A stretch of 64,000 nt of DNA from Eubacteriales bacterium (GCA_045655185.1 JAZOOS010000014.1:14938-78937); one strand, 5' to 3'; counted from the first letter of the stretch, positions 1 to 11,676 are shown. Numbers and translations: made by a program. The notes: generated by a model from the letters alone, not told the origin.

Positions 1-957
1 CACCACTACAATATGCCCGGCTATTCGACCGGTGAAGCCAAGGCTCTTCGCAGCCCCGGCCGCCGCGAGATCGGTCACGGCGCTCTGGCCGAGCGTTCGC
101 TGCTGCCGGTTCTTCCCTCGGTAGAGGAATTCCCCTACGCCATCCGTCTTGTCAGTGAGGTCGTCAGCTCCAACGGTTCTACCTCGCAGGCCTCGGTCTG
201 CGGCTCGACGCTCGCCCTGATGGATGCAGGCGTTCCGATCAAGGCTCCCGTTGCGGGTATCTCCTGCGGTCTGATCACCGCCGAGGACGGTAGCTTTGAC
301 ACCATGATCGATATCCAGGGTCTTGAAGACTTCTACGGCGATATGGACTTTAAGGTAGCGGGTACGCACAAGGGTATCACCGCTATCCAGATGGACTTGA
401 AGATCGACGGTCTTACCCCCGAGATCATTCATCGCGCCCTGGTTACCACCCACGCCGCCCGTGATTATATTCTTGACGAGGTCATGCTGAAGGCGATCCC
501 CACCTACCGTGCCGAGCTTTCGCCCTACGCCCCCAAGATGATGTCTATGACCATCGATCCCGATAAGATCGGTAAGGTCATCGGCCCCGGCGGTAAAACC
601 ATCCAGAAGATCGTAGCCGATACCGGCGCAAAGGTCGATATCAACGACGACGGTACCGTCTTTATCGCGGCCGTCAACACCGATAGCGCCCTTGCCGCCA
701 AGGCGATCATCGAAGCTATCGTGTTTGAGCCGGTCGTCGGCACCACCTACGAGGGTGTCGTTACCCGTATCATCCCGATCGGTGCCTTCGTTGAATTCGC
801 CCCCGGCAAAGAAGGTCTGGTCCACATCTCCAAGCTTGCCAAGACCCGCACCGAAAAGGTCGAGGACGTCGTCAACATCGGCGACCAGGTACGCGTTAAG
901 TTCCTGCGTGTAGACGATCGCGGACGCCTGGATCTGTCGATCAAGGATGCCGACTAA
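1..957 (+). CDS. pnp: polyribonucleotide nucleotidyltransferase (PNPase), C-terminal part; the 5' end lies upstream of the window
   Basis: Frame is open from base 1. Translation shows RNase PH-2 ([19 protein letters not shown]), KH ([14 protein letters not shown]) and S1 ([22 protein letters not shown]) motifs. Confidence 0.93.
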   Translation, partial: HHYNMPGYSTGEAKALRSPGRREIGHGALAERSLLPVLPSVEEFPYAIRLVSEVVSSNGSTSQASVCGSTLALMDAGVPIKAPVAGISCGLITAEDGSFDTMIDIQGLEDFYGDMDFKVAGTHKGITAIQMDLKIDGLTPEIIHRALVTTHAARDYILDEVMLKAIPTYRAELSPYAPKMMSMTIDPDKIGKVIGPGGKTIQKIVADTGAKVDINDDGTVFIAAVNTDSALAAKAIIEAIVFEPVVGTTYEGVVTRIIPIGAFVEFAPGKEGLVHISKLAKTRTEKVEDVVNIGDQVRVKFLRVDDRGRLDLSIKDAD

Positions 958-994
958 CCTGCGCGCATAAAAAGAACACAACCGGGGCTGCCGT

Positions 995-1198
995 ATTTAG
1001 GCATAACCGCAAACAAAAAGAGTTGTATTGCTTTTGCAGTGCAACTCTTTTTGACTTCTTCGGTATTCTTTCGGCTTTCAGGCAAAAACAACGTTTTTGC
1101 CTGAAATTATTATATTTTGTTTGCTATCGCCGTTTTCGTTCTTCAACGTACCCGTGTACGTCTATCAGAACGAAGAACGGCAATTTCTGCTCTAAATC
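995..1198. repeat. structured intergenic repeat, copy U1 (same family as 19806-20577 and 41513-41598)
   Basis: Starts ATTTAGGCATAACCGCAAA and ends ATTTCTGCTCTAAATC, which is its imperfect inverted complement. In between lie an A-run/hairpin/T-run (GAGTTG..CAACTC), a TTCGGTATTC box, the short hairpin GGCAAAAAC..GTTTTTGCC, a TTGTTTGCTATCGCC box, and a two-tier hairpin CCGTTTTCGTTC..ACGTAC-CCGT-GTACGT..GAACGAAGAACGG. Confidence 0.7.
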
Positions 1199-1330
1199 CG
1201 TTTGCCCCTTACTTCGGATACCGCGCCGATTCGGGGGTAGTCATTTATGCAAATAAACTCCCACCCCCTCACGCCTTGTATCCTCGTCTTGCGTCCTTTG
1301 AATTCGCGTTCCTTGTTGTGTTTTGTTTGC

Positions 1331-1367
1331 AAAAGAAAAGGAAACGGCAACTGCCGTTTCCTTTTTT
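1331..1367. terminator. bidirectional intrinsic terminator between pnp region and GH28 gene
   Basis: GGAAACGG-caactg-CCGTTTCC hairpin flanked by an A-run and a T-run, immediately 3' of the minus-strand CDS ending at 1370. Confidence 0.6.
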
Positions 1368-1369
1368 GC

Positions 1370-2722
1370 TTATTTCTCGGTGAAGTTTTCCACGAACTCG
1401 GTGAAGATAGCCGGGCGCTCGTCGGGGTTGCGAGTCTCAAAGATGCAGTGGTCAAAATAAACACCCTTGACGTGGCGCATGACCATGCCGTGCGCGGGCA
1501 GCGATTTATGGAAGCCGTACATCGTGACCTCGGGATACATGGTCTCATGCTCTTCCAGCGGCGGCTGAACGGTGTTTTCGGGATCGCACGCGCCATAGCT
1601 GACGATATGCACGTCGCGAAGCGTCAGGTTCTCGATCGGCTGCTCGGCAAGCCCTAAGATCTGCGAGGTCCACTCGTCGGTCAGGGTCCGTTCGGTCCAC
1701 ATCTCGGTCTCCCAAGCCTTGCGGTAGGGGATGATCGAGTAGGTCTCATGAGGCGAATCGGCGTAAACGTTCGAGATCATGATGTTCTTCATCGTACCGG
1801 GAACCATATCGGCCGGGGCGCGCATACGCTTGCCAAGGCGCAAGAAGATCGGGCAGCCGACGTTGCGCATGGTGATATTCGAGATGTTAATGCCCTCCAC
1901 GTGCGCGCCGTCCACGCTCTCGATGGCGATACCCGCGCGCTCGGTGTTCTTGATAACGCAGCCGGTGATGGTGATGTTGCGGAAGTCGCCGTTGGTCTCG
2001 GTGCCAAGCTTAATGGCGCTGGCAAGCGACATAACGACGCAGCCGGTGATGGTAAGGTTTTCGCAGGCCGCCAGGCGGTTGAGGGTATACGAGGCCTTCA
2101 GAACGATGGCGTCGTCCCCACATTCGATATAGCTGTCGGCAATGATGAAATCACGGCAGCCGTCGGGCGAGATACCGTCGACGAGTACGCGCATCGAAAT
2201 GCCGTAGATGCGTACGCGCTCACATCCCGCGAAGTAAAGGCCGAGGTCGGTGGCGCGAAGAACCGTGATCCCCTCGATGATGATATCGCGGCATTCGCGC
2301 ATGGCCATGACCTTGACCGTGCGGTGGTATTCACCGTGCTCTTTATCGGTCCATACGCCCTGCATATCGATGGTTCCGTGACCCGAGAAGCCGATATCCT
2401 CGCAATCGCGGCCAAGGAAGAGCGAGTGGTCGAAATAGGAGTGCGACATATCCTGGAACTTCTGATAGGTGACCTTCTCACGCGGGAGATAATCGTGCTC
2501 AAAATCGGTCGAAGCCAGGATCGTAGCCCCACCCTCGAGGTGGATATGTACGTGCGAGCGCATTTGGATCGTGCCGCACACGAATTTACCGGCAGGGACT
2601 AAAACCGTGCCGCCACCGGCCGCGGCACAATGGTCGATCGCCGCTTGGATCGCCTTCGTCGCAAGGGTCTTGCCGTCAGGGATCGCCCCAAAGTCTAAAA
2701 TAGAAACCATAACTGCCTCCAA
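1370..2722 (-). CDS. glycoside hydrolase family 28 (polygalacturonase-like, right-handed beta-helix)
   Basis: 450-aa ORF. N-terminus is pectate-lyase-superfamily-like (ILDFGAIPDGKT..TKAIQAAID). Internal GDDAIVLK and repeated beta-helix turns (ITGC...) are typical of GH28. Confidence 0.8.
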   Translation of the reverse strand: MEAVMVSILDFGAIPDGKTLATKAIQAAIDHCAAAGGGTVLVPAGKFVCGTIQMRSHVHIHLEGGATILASTDFEHDYLPREKVTYQKFQDMSHSYFDHSLFLGRDCEDIGFSGHGTIDMQGVWTDKEHGEYHRTVKVMAMRECRDIIIEGITVLRATDLGLYFAGCERVRIYGISMRVLVDGISPDGCRDFIIADSYIECGDDAIVLKASYTLNRLAACENLTITGCVVMSLASAIKLGTETNGDFRNITITGCVIKNTERAGIAIESVDGAHVEGINISNITMRNVGCPIFLRLGKRMRAPADMVPGTMKNIMISNVYADSPHETYSIIPYRKAWETEMWTERTLTDEWTSQILGLAEQPIENLTLRDVHIVSYGACDPENTVQPPLEEHETMYPEVTMYGFHKSLPAHGMVMRHVKGVYFDHCIFETRNPDERPAIFTEFVENFTEK

Positions 2723-2794
2723 AAGATTGATTTTATTAAAAAACGAAGTTTCTGTGAAAATCGGTTTTTACGGATAAAAGGGTAATTTTTTCGG

Positions 2795-3394
2795 TTATTC
2801 TTTTTTCTTTTTCGGCTGCATAAGCCCCACCAGCTGCCCCGAAAGGATAACGGTAAGAAGCGAATAGATCAGCCGTTCAAAGGGCAGATACGTAAAGGAA
2901 AGCCCAAGCACCAAAAGATCCGAGAAAAGATAGCAAAGGCGGATATCCACCTTTAAAAGGCGGGAGGCTGCCATCGAAAAGGCGTCGTCTCCGCTTGGCG
3001 CGCCGCCACAGCGAACGCAAAGCCCGACCCCCACCCCGATAAAGACCGCCCCTAACAGCGCCGCTAAAAGCGGTTTATCGCAAACGAAGGGGAAGAGCGG
3101 GGGAAAGCGCTCGCATAGCGCGAAAAAGAGCGAAAAGCTCCCACCCGAAATCATCGAATAAAAGAGAAAGTCCTTTCCAAGAATCCGAATGCCAAAGCCG
3201 TAGCAAAGCAGATTTAAAAGAAGCGAGGAAAGCGCGGGGGAGATCGAAAAATGATGATCCAAAAGAAGCGTAAGCCCCAAAATCCCCCCTTCGGTAATGC
3301 CCGATGGGGCGTGGATATTGTAAAGCCCAAAGGCTAAGATCGCACCCCCTAAAATCGAAAGAAGCACACGGGGGAGTGTAACGAACCTTTTCAT
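2795..3394 (-). CDS. YitT/YczE-type integral membrane protein (DUF161-like)
   Basis: 199-aa polytopic ORF with GITEGGILGLTLL motif. ATGA start/stop overlap with the upstream HAD gene. Confidence 0.65.
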   Translation of the reverse strand: MKRFVTLPRVLLSILGGAILAFGLYNIHAPSGITEGGILGLTLLLDHHFSISPALSSLLLNLLCYGFGIRILGKDFLFYSMISGGSFSLFFALCERFPPLFPFVCDKPLLAALLGAVFIGVGVGLCVRCGGAPSGDDAFSMAASRLLKVDIRLCYLFSDLLVLGLSFTYLPFERLIYSLLTVILSGQLVGLMQPKKKKE

Positions 3395-3969
3395 TTTTCA
3401 AGCGTTTTTTCAAACGGCCAAGGGGTGGGCTGATGATCCTTGATAAGATAGGCTTCCTTGGCAAGGCGCGCCATCGGGGTATCCGAAAGCGAATCCGAAT
3501 AAAAGCATTCGACCTCCCCCTCGGGAAAGACCTCATAGAAGCGGCGGCATTTTTCCTCACCGTAGCAATTTTCCCCGGTATAGGCGCCACTTTTTTTATC
3601 AACGCGCGAGGCGATCAGCGTACCGAAGCCGATCCGCTTTGAGATCTCCTCCAAAAGAAAGGTCGGGGAAGCCGAGATCACCACGTCATCGGGGCGCTTT
3701 ATCGCCGCGTAATAGGGCTCAAGATCTTTTTCGTGCTTGTCCCAGAAAAGCTTTACCTCACGGTCGATATCGTCAATACGGCGAAAGGCCGAAAAAAGCT
3801 TTTCCTTCATTTGGGTCTTGTCGATCCGCTTAAAGCGGTAGGCAAGCGCCGCCTTTATCTGGCGGGGAAGCTCTAAAAGAAGCGAGGGGTGCCGCCAAAG
3901 CAGAAAGCGGTAAAATTGGAAGGTGCTGTCACAAGGATACAGCGTTTTATCAAAATCGTAAGCGTTCAT
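3391..3969 (-). CDS. HAD-superfamily hydrolase (phosphoserine-phosphatase-like subfamily)
   Basis: 192 aa. N-terminal DxDxT motif (YDFDKTL). Lies 3 nt downstream of prfC in the same orientation. Confidence 0.7.
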   Translation of the reverse strand: MNAYDFDKTLYPCDSTFQFYRFLLWRHPSLLLELPRQIKAALAYRFKRIDKTQMKEKLFSAFRRIDDIDREVKLFWDKHEKDLEPYYAAIKRPDDVVISASPTFLLEEISKRIGFGTLIASRVDKKSGAYTGENCYGEEKCRRFYEVFPEGEVECFYSDSLSDTPMARLAKEAYLIKDHQPTPWPFEKTLEK

Positions 3970-3972
3970 CTG

Positions 3973-5565
3973 TCACCGTTTTTCAAATTCACCGAGAACG
4001 AGGCCTTCGTTGTTTTCAAGGGCAAAATTGATGCTCCATTCGCCCGTGAAGATCAAAAGATCTCTTCCGCGCACGTCCTGAACCCTACGGGTATCCGAGG
4101 TGAGGCGAAGCTTATCGTTGCCCATCGGCGCTTCAAGAATATAGCGGATCTTTTCGTGGGGCATCGCGGTGCGGCGCATATCCACGCCGTATTCACTCTT
4201 CATGCGGTACTCAAGCACCTCAAATTGAAGCACGCCGACAACGCCGACGAATACGCGCTCCATACCGGCGCCGGGCTCGAAGAAGATCTGGATAGCGCCC
4301 TCCTCGGCGATCTCCTCCATCCCCTTCTGGAACTGCTTGCGCTTCATCGAATCGATTTGCTCGATCATCGCGAAATGCTCGGGCGCGAAGGTGGGGATCC
4401 CCTCAAAGCGAACGCGGTTTTTCAGGTCACAGACCGTGTCGCCGATCGAAAAGATACCGGGGTCGAAAACGCCGATGATATCGCCGGCGTAGGCGGTCTC
4501 AATGCCCGCCCTTTCCTGCGCCATCATTTGCTGGGGGCGCGAAAGACGGATGTTCTTCCCGCCCTGTACGTGGAAATATTCCTCGCTTCGGTCAAACTTG
4601 CCCGAGCAAATGCGCATAAAGGCGATACGGTCACGGTGCGCCTTGTTCATATTGGCCTGGATCTTAAAGACGAAGGCCGAAAAGGGATCACGCATCGGGT
4701 CAACGCTCCCTTCCACCGTTTTACGGGCAAGGGGCGAGGTCGTCAGCTCCAAGAAGCTTTTTAAGAAAGGCTCAACCCCGAAATTGTTGAGCGCCGAGCC
4801 GAAGAAGACGGGGGAAAGCTTGCCGTGGCGGATCTTGTCAAGATCGAATTCAAAGCTCGCGGCGTCCAAAAGCTCTACCTGCTCGCAAAGCTCTTGCCGG
4901 CGGTATTCGCCGATAAGGCTATCCAGCTTTTCGGTATCCGAAAGCGAGCATTCGACCCCCTCAATGCGAGAGCGGCCGCGGTGCGAATCCGCAAAGGCCA
5001 GGATCTGCCCCTTCTTTCGGTCGTATACGCCGTGGAAGTTCACGCCGCAGCCGATCGGCCAGTTCATCGGATAGGTACCGATGCCGAATTCCTTCTCCAG
5101 CTCGTCAAGCAGATCAAAGGGATCCTGCGCCTCGCGGTCGAGCTTGTTGATAAAGGTAAAGATCGGGATATCCCGCATCGCGCAAACGCGGAAAAGCTTA
5201 CGCGTCTGCGGCTCGATACCCTTGGCGGCGTCAATGACCATTACCGCGCTGTCGGCCGCCATTAAGGTACGGTAGGTATCCTCTGAGAAATCCTGGTGGC
5301 CGGGGGTATCGAGAATGTTGATGCAATACCCGTCGTATTCAAACTGCATGACCGAGGAGGTGATCGAGATACCGCGTTGCTTTTCCAGCTCCATCCAGTC
5401 GGAAACGGCGTGGCGGTCGCTTGATTTTCCCTTTACGGCGCCCGCGGACTGAATGGCGCCGCCGTAAAGCAGGAATTTTTCAGTGAGGGTGGTCTTACCG
5501 GCGTCGGGGTGCGAGATGATCGCAAAGGTACGCCGTCTTTTGATTTCTTGTTCTAAGCTGTTCAA
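3973..5565 (-). CDS. prfC: peptide chain release factor 3
   Basis: 530 aa. Translational GTPase motifs AIISHPDAGKTT and DTPGHQDF. Full-length collinear RF3 architecture. Confidence 0.95.
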   Translation of the reverse strand: MNSLEQEIKRRRTFAIISHPDAGKTTLTEKFLLYGGAIQSAGAVKGKSSDRHAVSDWMELEKQRGISITSSVMQFEYDGYCINILDTPGHQDFSEDTYRTLMAADSAVMVIDAAKGIEPQTRKLFRVCAMRDIPIFTFINKLDREAQDPFDLLDELEKEFGIGTYPMNWPIGCGVNFHGVYDRKKGQILAFADSHRGRSRIEGVECSLSDTEKLDSLIGEYRRQELCEQVELLDAASFEFDLDKIRHGKLSPVFFGSALNNFGVEPFLKSFLELTTSPLARKTVEGSVDPMRDPFSAFVFKIQANMNKAHRDRIAFMRICSGKFDRSEEYFHVQGGKNIRLSRPQQMMAQERAGIETAYAGDIIGVFDPGIFSIGDTVCDLKNRVRFEGIPTFAPEHFAMIEQIDSMKRKQFQKGMEEIAEEGAIQIFFEPGAGMERVFVGVVGVLQFEVLEYRMKSEYGVDMRRTAMPHEKIRYILEAPMGNDKLRLTSDTRRVQDVRGRDLLIFTGEWSINFALENNEGLVLGEFEKR

Positions 5566-5592
5566 GATAGTTTTCCTTTTCTTTTATTGATC

Positions 5593-7191
5593 TTATACGA
5601 GCGCCTCGAAGCGGCGAACCCCACGCCCCCTTATCCAAGCCAGGAGAAGGAGGGAAAGAAGAAGCGGGATCAGCGTAAGGATCGAAAGCACCCAAAGGGG
5701 CGGCAAAATAAACGAGAGAAGGAATCCTCCGACAAGAAGGATAAAGGATAAAAAGCCCGAGGTAAGCATCGAAAAGAGCGAGGCGGCACCTTGCTTTACG
5801 GGTACTAAGAGATTGTTCCATTCAAGCTTCGGGAACAGAAGATTGAGGGTGAGCCCCAAAAGCGAAGCGCACACCGCAAAGATCAAGGGCAGGATAAGCG
5901 AAAGGATCGCTACGGGGAGAGCGGGGGTGAGGGCGATAAGGTAGATGACCCACGCCAGAAAAACGGTGATCGCCGTCGGAATGATTTGCAGAAGAAGCTT
6001 GGAATAAAGAATGGTTCGGGTGGGGACCGGCGAGGTACGCGCGATCCAAAGGCTTTTCCCCTCCAAGGAGACCGAAGCGCAGGAAAGCATCGTCATCGAA
6101 GAGATAAGGCAGCTGGCGAGCGGGGTAAGCACGGGGAGCATTCCCATCAATTCGGGAAGCTCTGCCGAGAGGGCAAACAGGGTATCACGCTCAATCAAAA
6201 GTAGGATCGGCAAAGCGAGCATAAAGAGAAGCCCGATACAACCGTTCAGTATATAGCCCGAGGAGGAAGCAAGATAGAAGAGTTCCTTTTTCGTAAAGGC
6301 CCAAATGGCGCTTGTTTTTTGAACCGTTTTTTCTTTATACGCGCGCTTACGGTGAACGGCGGGCGAGAGAACGGTTTTGAAAAAGGTTTTACTGAGCCAG
6401 TAGTACACCCCGCCAAAAAGCAGAGCCGATACGGCCAAAACGAGCAGAAAATGAAGAAAGGAGCCAAGGGCGGCGCGGCCGAACACGGCAAAGGGAAGCG
6501 CCTTTTGCAAAAAGGAGAGAAGCGGCCCGATCCCCTCCGCGGTGAATCCCTCCATCAGCATCTCGGCCTTTCCCATCAGCCAGAAATAGGCTACGAAAAA
6601 TCCGATCGCGAAAAGAACCGAGGTCAGCTGCTTATAGCGGATCCTTTGTATGATCTTGGTCAAGCACCAGCCAAAAAGGCAGGAGATCGCAAGCGTCGGG
6701 AAGGGGAGAATCAAAAAGCAAAGAAGGCACAGCGCGATATGCCCGAAGGAAAGAGGGGCAACGAGTAGCCATACGATAAAGCCGGGGATGAAGACGATCG
6801 CCTGCATCGCGTAGTTGAGAAGCAGCAAAAAGAGCATGCGGCTACATAGGATCAGATGCGGCGGAATGGGAAGAGACAGCAAAAAGGCGTTATCGCCCGC
6901 CTCAAACAGCTGGCTTTGCGTAAAGACGATACTGCCAAGCAGCATAAAGCCCATCGCGATAAGGGACATAAGGGAAAAGTACGCAAAGGGCTCTCCCAGC
7001 GAAAGGAAGAGCGGGGCCATCGAGCTGAAAACCAAAAGGAAAAGCCCGAAGAAGACGGCAAAGATGTATAAAAAGGCAAGCCCCAAAAGAATAGTAAGCG
7101 GAATGGAATGACGCTTCTTTGCCTTGTTTTTTTGGTTGCCAAAAAACAGCGAAAGGAAACGGATCTTAACCAAAAGCCATAGGGTCCTCAC
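5593..7191 (-). CDS. ABC-2-type exporter permease (polytopic membrane protein)
   Basis: 532-aa highly hydrophobic ORF. GTG start 3 nt after the stop of the ABC ATPase, preceded by GGGGAGG. Confidence 0.7.
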   Translation of the reverse strand: MRTLWLLVKIRFLSLFFGNQKNKAKKRHSIPLTILLGLAFLYIFAVFFGLFLLVFSSMAPLFLSLGEPFAYFSLMSLIAMGFMLLGSIVFTQSQLFEAGDNAFLLSLPIPPHLILCSRMLFLLLLNYAMQAIVFIPGFIVWLLVAPLSFGHIALCLLCFLILPFPTLAISCLFGWCLTKIIQRIRYKQLTSVLFAIGFFVAYFWLMGKAEMLMEGFTAEGIGPLLSFLQKALPFAVFGRAALGSFLHFLLVLAVSALLFGGVYYWLSKTFFKTVLSPAVHRKRAYKEKTVQKTSAIWAFTKKELFYLASSSGYILNGCIGLLFMLALPILLLIERDTLFALSAELPELMGMLPVLTPLASCLISSMTMLSCASVSLEGKSLWIARTSPVPTRTILYSKLLLQIIPTAITVFLAWVIYLIALTPALPVAILSLILPLIFAVCASLLGLTLNLLFPKLEWNNLLVPVKQGAASLFSMLTSGFLSFILLVGGFLLSFILPPLWVLSILTLIPLLLSLLLLAWIRGRGVRRFEALV

Positions 7192-7194
7192 GGC

Positions 7195-7917
7195 TTATTC
7201 CTCCCCGTTGTCCTTGGCGGCAAGATCCAAAAACACCGATTCGAGCGACGCGTCTCCGCGAACCGCGTCCATATCGCCCGAAACAAGCAGCTGCCCGTCC
7301 TTGATAATGGCGACCTTGTCGCAAAGCTTTTCGGCAACGTCTAAAACGTGGGTCGAGAAGAAGATCGCGCCGCCGCGGTCACAGTGCTCGCGCATCAGGG
7401 TCTTTAAGATATGCGAGGCGCGCGGGTCAAGCCCCACGAAGGGCTCGTCAAGCAAAATCAGCTTCGGCTCGTGCAAAAGGGCGCTGATGACGGCCAGCTT
7501 TTGCTTCATCCCGTGCGAATAGGTCGAGATCGGCTGCCCAAGCGCTTCCTTGATCTCAAAAAGCTCTGCGTAATGCGAAATGCGCCCGTTTCTCTCTTCG
7601 GTGCCGACACCGAAGATATCGGCGACGAAATTCAGATAGCGGATGCCGCTTAAAAAGTCATAAAGATCGGGGTTGTCGGGCAGATACGCCATTTTTGCCT
7701 TGCAGGCGAGCGGATCGTCCTTTATCGAAACGCCGTCGATCAGGATCTCTCCCCCCTCAAAGGGAAGGATCCCCGCCGCGGCCTTTAAGGTCGTGGTCTT
7801 GCCGGCGCCGTTGTGGCCGATAAAGGCAAAAAGCTCACCGGGCTTAATATGAAGCGAAAGGGCGTCAACCGCCTTTTTTTCTCCGTACCGCTTCGTCAGA
7901 TTTTCAATTTTCAGCAT
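7195..7917 (-). CDS. ABC transporter ATP-binding protein
   Basis: Start trimmed to MLKIENLTKRYG (ATG at 7917). Walker A GHNGAGKTT, signature-like YSHGMKQK, Walker B LILLDEP. The longer track ORF (to 8280) overlaps the chromate transporter gene. Confidence 0.9.
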   Translation of the reverse strand: MLKIENLTKRYGEKKAVDALSLHIKPGELFAFIGHNGAGKTTTLKAAAGILPFEGGEILIDGVSIKDDPLACKAKMAYLPDNPDLYDFLSGIRYLNFVADIFGVGTEERNGRISHYAELFEIKEALGQPISTYSHGMKQKLAVISALLHEPKLILLDEPFVGLDPRASHILKTLMREHCDRGGAIFFSTHVLDVAEKLCDKVAIIKDGQLLVSGDMDAVRGDASLESVFLDLAAKDNGEE

Positions 7918-7940
7918 AGCGTACTCCTGTAAGGTATTAT

Positions 7941-8531
7941 TTACAAACCGTAGAAAAGCATCCCAAGACCCGCCGCGATAAAGATCAGAAGGATCGGGGA
8001 CATGGCTTTCTTGCGAAGCTTCGAATAGAGGAACAGAACCGCGGTAAGGATCAGCGCGATAAGAAGCGCGAAAAGGTCGAAGGCGCCGAAGCCTTGCGGG
8101 AAGACGGTAAAGATATTTTCCAGCAGCATAAAGGCGCCGGTCACCGCGATGATACCCGTAACGGCAGGGGCGATCGCCGCAAGAACCGCTTTTACGTGCG
8201 GATTGGTAAGATAGCGCCGCAGAAGCGACGAAATAAGGATCATCACGACAAGGGCGGGCAAAACGACGCCAAGCGTACAAAGGGCAGAGCCCAGCACCCC
8301 TGCGAAAAAGCCAAATTCATTTCCCTTGGTGAAGCCGACGTAGGTGGCCATATTGACCATGATGGGGCCGGGGGTCGATTCGCTGACACCGAGGAAGTAG
8401 CTGAATTGCTCTTCACTCAGCCAAGCGTTGCTTAGCACGGCGTCACGAATAAGCGGGATCGCGCCGTAAGCGCCCCCGAAGGTAAACATCCCGATCTTTA
8501 AAAATTCCCAGAAAAGCTGTAAAAAGATCAC
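7941..8531 (-). CDS. chromate transporter (ChrA/CHR family) half-size subunit
   Basis: 196 aa. FLKIGMFTFGGAYGAIPLI..ESTPGP motifs typical of CHR family. Confidence 0.85.
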   Translation of the reverse strand: MIFLQLFWEFLKIGMFTFGGAYGAIPLIRDAVLSNAWLSEEQFSYFLGVSESTPGPIMVNMATYVGFTKGNEFGFFAGVLGSALCTLGVVLPALVVMILISSLLRRYLTNPHVKAVLAAIAPAVTGIIAVTGAFMLLENIFTVFPQGFGAFDLFALLIALILTAVLFLYSKLRKKAMSPILLIFIAAGLGMLFYGL

Positions 8532-9103
8532 GACTCTTTCCCTCCCTTCTTAGGCAAAAAGGAGGTGGCAAGGCCGCAAAGCGCCGCTGCCAAGATCACG
8601 TAGATCGTGGAGACGGGAAGCGAAAAAAGATCAATGGCGATCATAAGAAGCACCGAGGCTGAAAGCAGGCAGATCGGCAGGGGGCGCCGCTTGGTCTTTT
8701 TGATCAGGCGGATGCCGACCCGCAGAATGAGAAGCCCGACCGCGACGCGGATGCCGCGAAAGGCGGCGGCTACCAGCGGGATATCCAAAAAATTATCAAA
8801 GAAATTGGCGATCAAAAGAATAATGCAAAAGGAGGGAAGAACGACCCCAAGCGTCGTCATGATCGAGCCGAGGATCCCGACCTGCTTATAGCCGATGTAG
8901 GTCGCGCAGTTGATCGAGATCGGCCCGGGGGTCGATTCGGCCAGGGCGGTCATATCCGCCATTTCCTCGTGGGTCATCCAGCCATGGCGGGTCACACATT
9001 CTTCCTCGATCAGCGAAAGCATCGCGTAGCCGCCGCCGAAGGTAAAGAGCCCGATCTTAAAAAACGTGCCGAAAAGCGTCCAAAGCCTTTTGAGTTTTTC
9101 CAT
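8528..9103 (-). CDS. chromate transporter (ChrA/CHR family) half-size subunit
   Basis: Start trimmed to MEKLKRLW (ATG 9103). FFKIGLFTFGGGYAML..ESTPGP. 4-nt overlap with the partner gene. Confidence 0.85.
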   Translation of the reverse strand: MEKLKRLWTLFGTFFKIGLFTFGGGYAMLSLIEEECVTRHGWMTHEEMADMTALAESTPGPISINCATYIGYKQVGILGSIMTTLGVVLPSFCIILLIANFFDNFLDIPLVAAAFRGIRVAVGLLILRVGIRLIKKTKRRPLPICLLSASVLLMIAIDLFSLPVSTIYVILAAALCGLATSFLPKKGGKES

Positions 9104-9193
9104 AAAACACCTTCGTTCTAAATTATATCTTATATATTCTATCATATAAATATGGATTATGCAACCGATTTTTCCCATTTTTTGATCCCTTAA

Positions 9194-10672
<1,479 letters not shown>

Positions 10673-10687
10673 TAAAAGTAAAAAGAA

Positions 10688-10725
10688 AACCGTTCTCCGC
10701 CAAAAAGCGGGGAACGGTTATTTTA
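10688..10725 (+). terminator. intrinsic terminator of gdhA
   Basis: 13-bp stem AACCGTTCTCCGC/GCGGGGAACGGTT followed by ATTTT. Confidence 0.6.
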
Positions 10726-10800
10726 TGGAAAAGGGCAGAAAGACCTTTCGGGAAAGCGGGAAGAAAAACCAAATTTTAACAAATTATTCAAGATTTTTCC

Positions 10801-10829
10801 TTGCCTATTTTCGAAAATCCGTGTATAAT
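10801..10829 (+). promoter_or_regulatory. sigma-A-type promoter of SDR gene
   Basis: TTGCCT, 17-nt spacer, TATAAT, about 35 nt upstream of the ATG. Confidence 0.55.
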
Positions 10830-10863
10830 GAAAGCAAGAAGATTTTACAGGGGAGGTATACGT

Positions 10864-11610
10864 ATGCGTATCGCTATTATTACGGGCGCTTCGAGCGGAA
10901 TGGGGCGTGATTTTTCCCGCTTGCTTGCCCATGAGGAGATCGATGAGCTTTGGTTGATCGCCCGAAGAGAAGAGCGGCTGAAAAGCCTTGCGCGTCGCTT
11001 GGATATTCCTTGCCGTACGCTTCCCCTTGATCTGCTTGATAAAAATTCCTTTACCATTTTAGGGGATTGCCTGGCGCTTGAAAAGCCCGAGGTCACCTGG
11101 CTTATCAACGCCGCGGGCTACGGCCTCGTCGGGAAGGTAGAGGATCTTTCGCAGGAAGAGCAGGATAATATGGTCGCCCTTAATTGCATGGCGCTTACCT
11201 CGATCACAAGAGAGGTTCTGCCCTATATGAAGGAGGGCGGGCACATCGTGCAATTCGCTTCGGCGTCTGCCTTCTTGCCTCAACCCGAGTTTGCGGTATA
11301 CGCCGCGACGAAGGCTTACGTATTAAGCTTTTCCCGTGCCCTTAACGTGGAGCTGCGCGAGCGCAAGATCTCGGTCACCGCCGTTTGCGCCGGCCCCGTT
11401 AACACCGAATTCTTGAAGATCGCGGGCGAGCACGAGGAGATCAGGGCCTATAAGCGCTTCTTTGCTGCCGAAAGCCGCAAGGTCGTGCGTAGCGCCTACG
11501 TTGCCGCCAAGCGCCGCCGCGAGGTGGTTGTTCCCTCGATCTCTATGCAGGCCTTACAGCTGGCCAGCAAGATCCTGCCTCATAAAACGATCATGAGATT
11601 GATCAAATAA
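10864..11610 (+). CDS. SDR-family short-chain dehydrogenase/reductase
   Basis: Start at MRIAIITGASSGMG (TGxxxGxG Rossmann motif). YAATKAY catalytic YxxxK. Confidence 0.85.
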   Translation: MRIAIITGASSGMGRDFSRLLAHEEIDELWLIARREERLKSLARRLDIPCRTLPLDLLDKNSFTILGDCLALEKPEVTWLINAAGYGLVGKVEDLSQEEQDNMVALNCMALTSITREVLPYMKEGGHIVQFASASAFLPQPEFAVYAATKAYVLSFSRALNVELRERKISVTAVCAGPVNTEFLKIAGEHEEIRAYKRFFAAESRKVVRSAYVAAKRRREVVVPSISMQALQLASKILPHKTIMRLIK

Positions 11611-11626
11611 GAAAAGTTATATTTAC

Positions 11627-11660
11627 AAAAAGGCATCTTCCGATCGGAAGATGCCTTTTT
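11627..11660. terminator. bidirectional terminator between convergent SDR gene and gpmI
   Basis: GGCATCTTCC-gatc-GGAAGATGCC flanked by AAAAA and TTTTT. Confidence 0.7.
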
Positions 11661-11676
11661 CTTTGCTTTTTGTTCG

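Noticed and set aside
7918-8280. N-terminal 121-codon extension of the ABC ATPase ORF (track entry 7195-8280).
   Set aside because: The extension overlaps the chromate transporter gene in another frame and has an Arg/Tyr-rich nonsense composition. A proper start, MLKIENLTKRYG, exists at 7917.
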